From: Octopus bimaculoides
Lineage: Eukaryota
DNA length: 64,000 nucleotides
Direction of reading: 5' to 3'
Assembly: GCF_001194135.2 (NCBI RefSeq)
Contig: NC_068982.1
Location: 36,988,687-37,052,686 of the forward strand
Shown here: piece by piece, positions 62,350 to 64,000 of the stretch
Layout of the letters: each line of letters starts with the position of its first letter
How positions within the stretch are numbered: the first letter of the stretch is position 1
Program-made: the position numbers and the translations under genes
The notes under the pieces: model-generated
Told to the model about the DNA's origin: nothing
What the model saw: the letters and a program-made list of their open reading frames with translations, nothing else
Databases searched by the model: none

Positions 62350-63950
62350 CCTTTTCTTTTTATTATTGGCTTGGTTTTGAGGAACTAGCTGTTTCCATAG
62401 CCTTCACAAGCTCTCTGAGGCTGGTTGTGATTGATGTAGTTAACATTTCAATCATATGGCAGCAGGACAAAGCATATATAAAGAGAGAATAAGGATGACA
62501 TCCTGCAAAGAAGTAGTGGGTAGTGTAGTCTGTGGGAGTGATGGATTCCAGATGGGTGCTGAGAAGAGATGACAAATAAGTCGGGAGTGCCCAAGTGGAT
62601 TAGCACAGTCAGTTTCAAGGAAAAGAAACCACTGTAGTAGTGGTAGAAATGCATTAAGAGGTGACAGTATGTCTGGTCAGTCGTTGGAGTGTGTATGCCT
62701 ATCAGTTGAGTGATGTTTCTGTGGATGGAGTCTTGGTTGTCTGAACACATAGCAGCAACAGTATCCTAGATGTGGAAACAGTATTCTAATATAGATTTCT
62801 CTCGGCTTTGTAAAGTTTGTAGTTGTTGGTGAGAAGTGATGATGGGAGGTGGGGGAATATTTTCTAGTTCTGAATAGGAAGGACATTTTTTATGATGCAA
62901 TTTTTACTGTGTTGATATTTATTTGCCATAAGAGATTTTCAGGGTTGGTGAGGTTCAGTATTTGAAGCAAGAATGAGGTTTCTAATTGTGTGATGATTCT
63001 GTTAAGAGATGCGGCAATATTTTGTTGATATGAATTGTGATTGTGTCTGTGCTGTTAAAGTAGAAAAGTTAGTGTGATCTCATTACAGGATAATTTTTGA
63101 CATCTCTGTTCATGATGTTTAGGCTGCATGTAGATGTTTGGGAGAAATGAATGGTGGAATCATTTGTATAGGTGTGTGCTTTGTTGAAGGTGATAGCTAG
63201 TGAGTTGTTGATATATAAGAGCAAGAGCGTAAGTGGGTGGCGGGGAGCAAAGCAGAACACTGGGACACACCAACTTGATAGAATGTTGTTCGAGAAAGCT
63301 CCATGAGCATCCTGACAGTCAGTTTGCTGATGTTGAGTGAAAGAAAAGAGTTGGTCTCCAGTAGATCTGGCTTTATGAAAAATGTATTGAAGGTGGTTAA
63401 AGAGGTACAGAGAATGTTGTTGCTAATGATTGTCTTCATTACCTCTGAGGTGTTGAAAATCCCTCTTGCTCTGCCAATTCTGTTAACAGAGTAAGAAGTG
63501 TTTTGAAGTGACTGGGATACTTTTGTACTTAGCAGGTATGTATGCATGTTGGTAAGCTTTGTGACGTTGAAAGATAGTTTGGGAATTTTACCTAGTGTGT
63601 GTGGTGTGAAGTTCCATCTAAAACAGACAGAAAATGTGGAGGCATTTTCCATAAAATACTTGCTTATAAAATCATTATAGTTGAAGAAAGTTGCTGCAGA
63701 TCCTTCTGGCATGGAACCAATATGATCGACTGTAGCCTGAGATGCAAAGGAGCTTCCATGTTATACAATGCATGAAGACACCCTTCATGGTTTGGATAAT
63801 TATCTTGTAGAAGTTATAGTACAGGATAAAACCCACACAGCGATTTTCTCCAAGCATGATAGATCATATCTTTTTCCTGAACTGCTACAGTGCAGCTATG
63901 AGTGAACCACTTGGGAGGTTTAGTACTGTGTGTTTGGGATATGTGTGAGA
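62350..63950 (-). mobile_element. Degenerate CR1/L2-like LINE reverse transcriptase and C-terminal region
   Basis: Decayed RT motifs in order: FNVTKLTNMH (for LDI.KAFD..WH), VGVSQCSA (GVPQGS), LLLYINN...HTYTNDST (YADD decayed to YTND), ILFPHLGYC (IRPHLEYC), FYHYYSGF (FYRYYHG). Frameshifted; ORFs 63197-63712 and 63069-63260. Confidence 0.8.
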
Positions 63951-64000
63951 TGTAGTAGGATATTCTTAAGAGGATGGTTTCAGTCACATCCAATAAATCC

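Overview
AT-rich, microsatellite- and transposon-dense metazoan DNA, most likely an octopus/coleoid cephalopod (inferred from its RTE-LINE 3' tails ending in (GAT)n and its tRNA-type SINE families; not verified by search). The window lies inside one very large + strand gene, the invertebrate dystrophin orthologue. Three internal phase-0 coding exons (15554-15709, 35098-35256, 52427-52666; 555 nt, under 1% of the window) splice into one open frame that encodes a complete spectrin repeat plus the start of the next. They resemble human dystrophin exons 36, 37 and 38. Only one of the three appears in the supplied ORF track. Introns are 19,388 and 17,170 nt, and the flanking introns exceed 15.5 kb and 11.3 kb. 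The introns hold young and old RTE LINEs, degenerate CR1-like, I/Jockey-like and R4/Dong-like LINE fragments, DD37D(maT)-like, pogo-like and hAT-type DNA transposon derivatives, at least three SINE families and many microsatellites. Five 10-N gaps are present, three with duplicated flanks that look like assembly artefacts. I found no bacterial-type system, CRISPR array or bona fide RNA gene. The best leads are a lineage-specific non-helical insert in dystrophin, inverted repeats able to form dsRNA in the pre-mRNA, a transposon-borne candidate internal promoter, and an RTE derivative that keeps its endonuclease but lost its RT.
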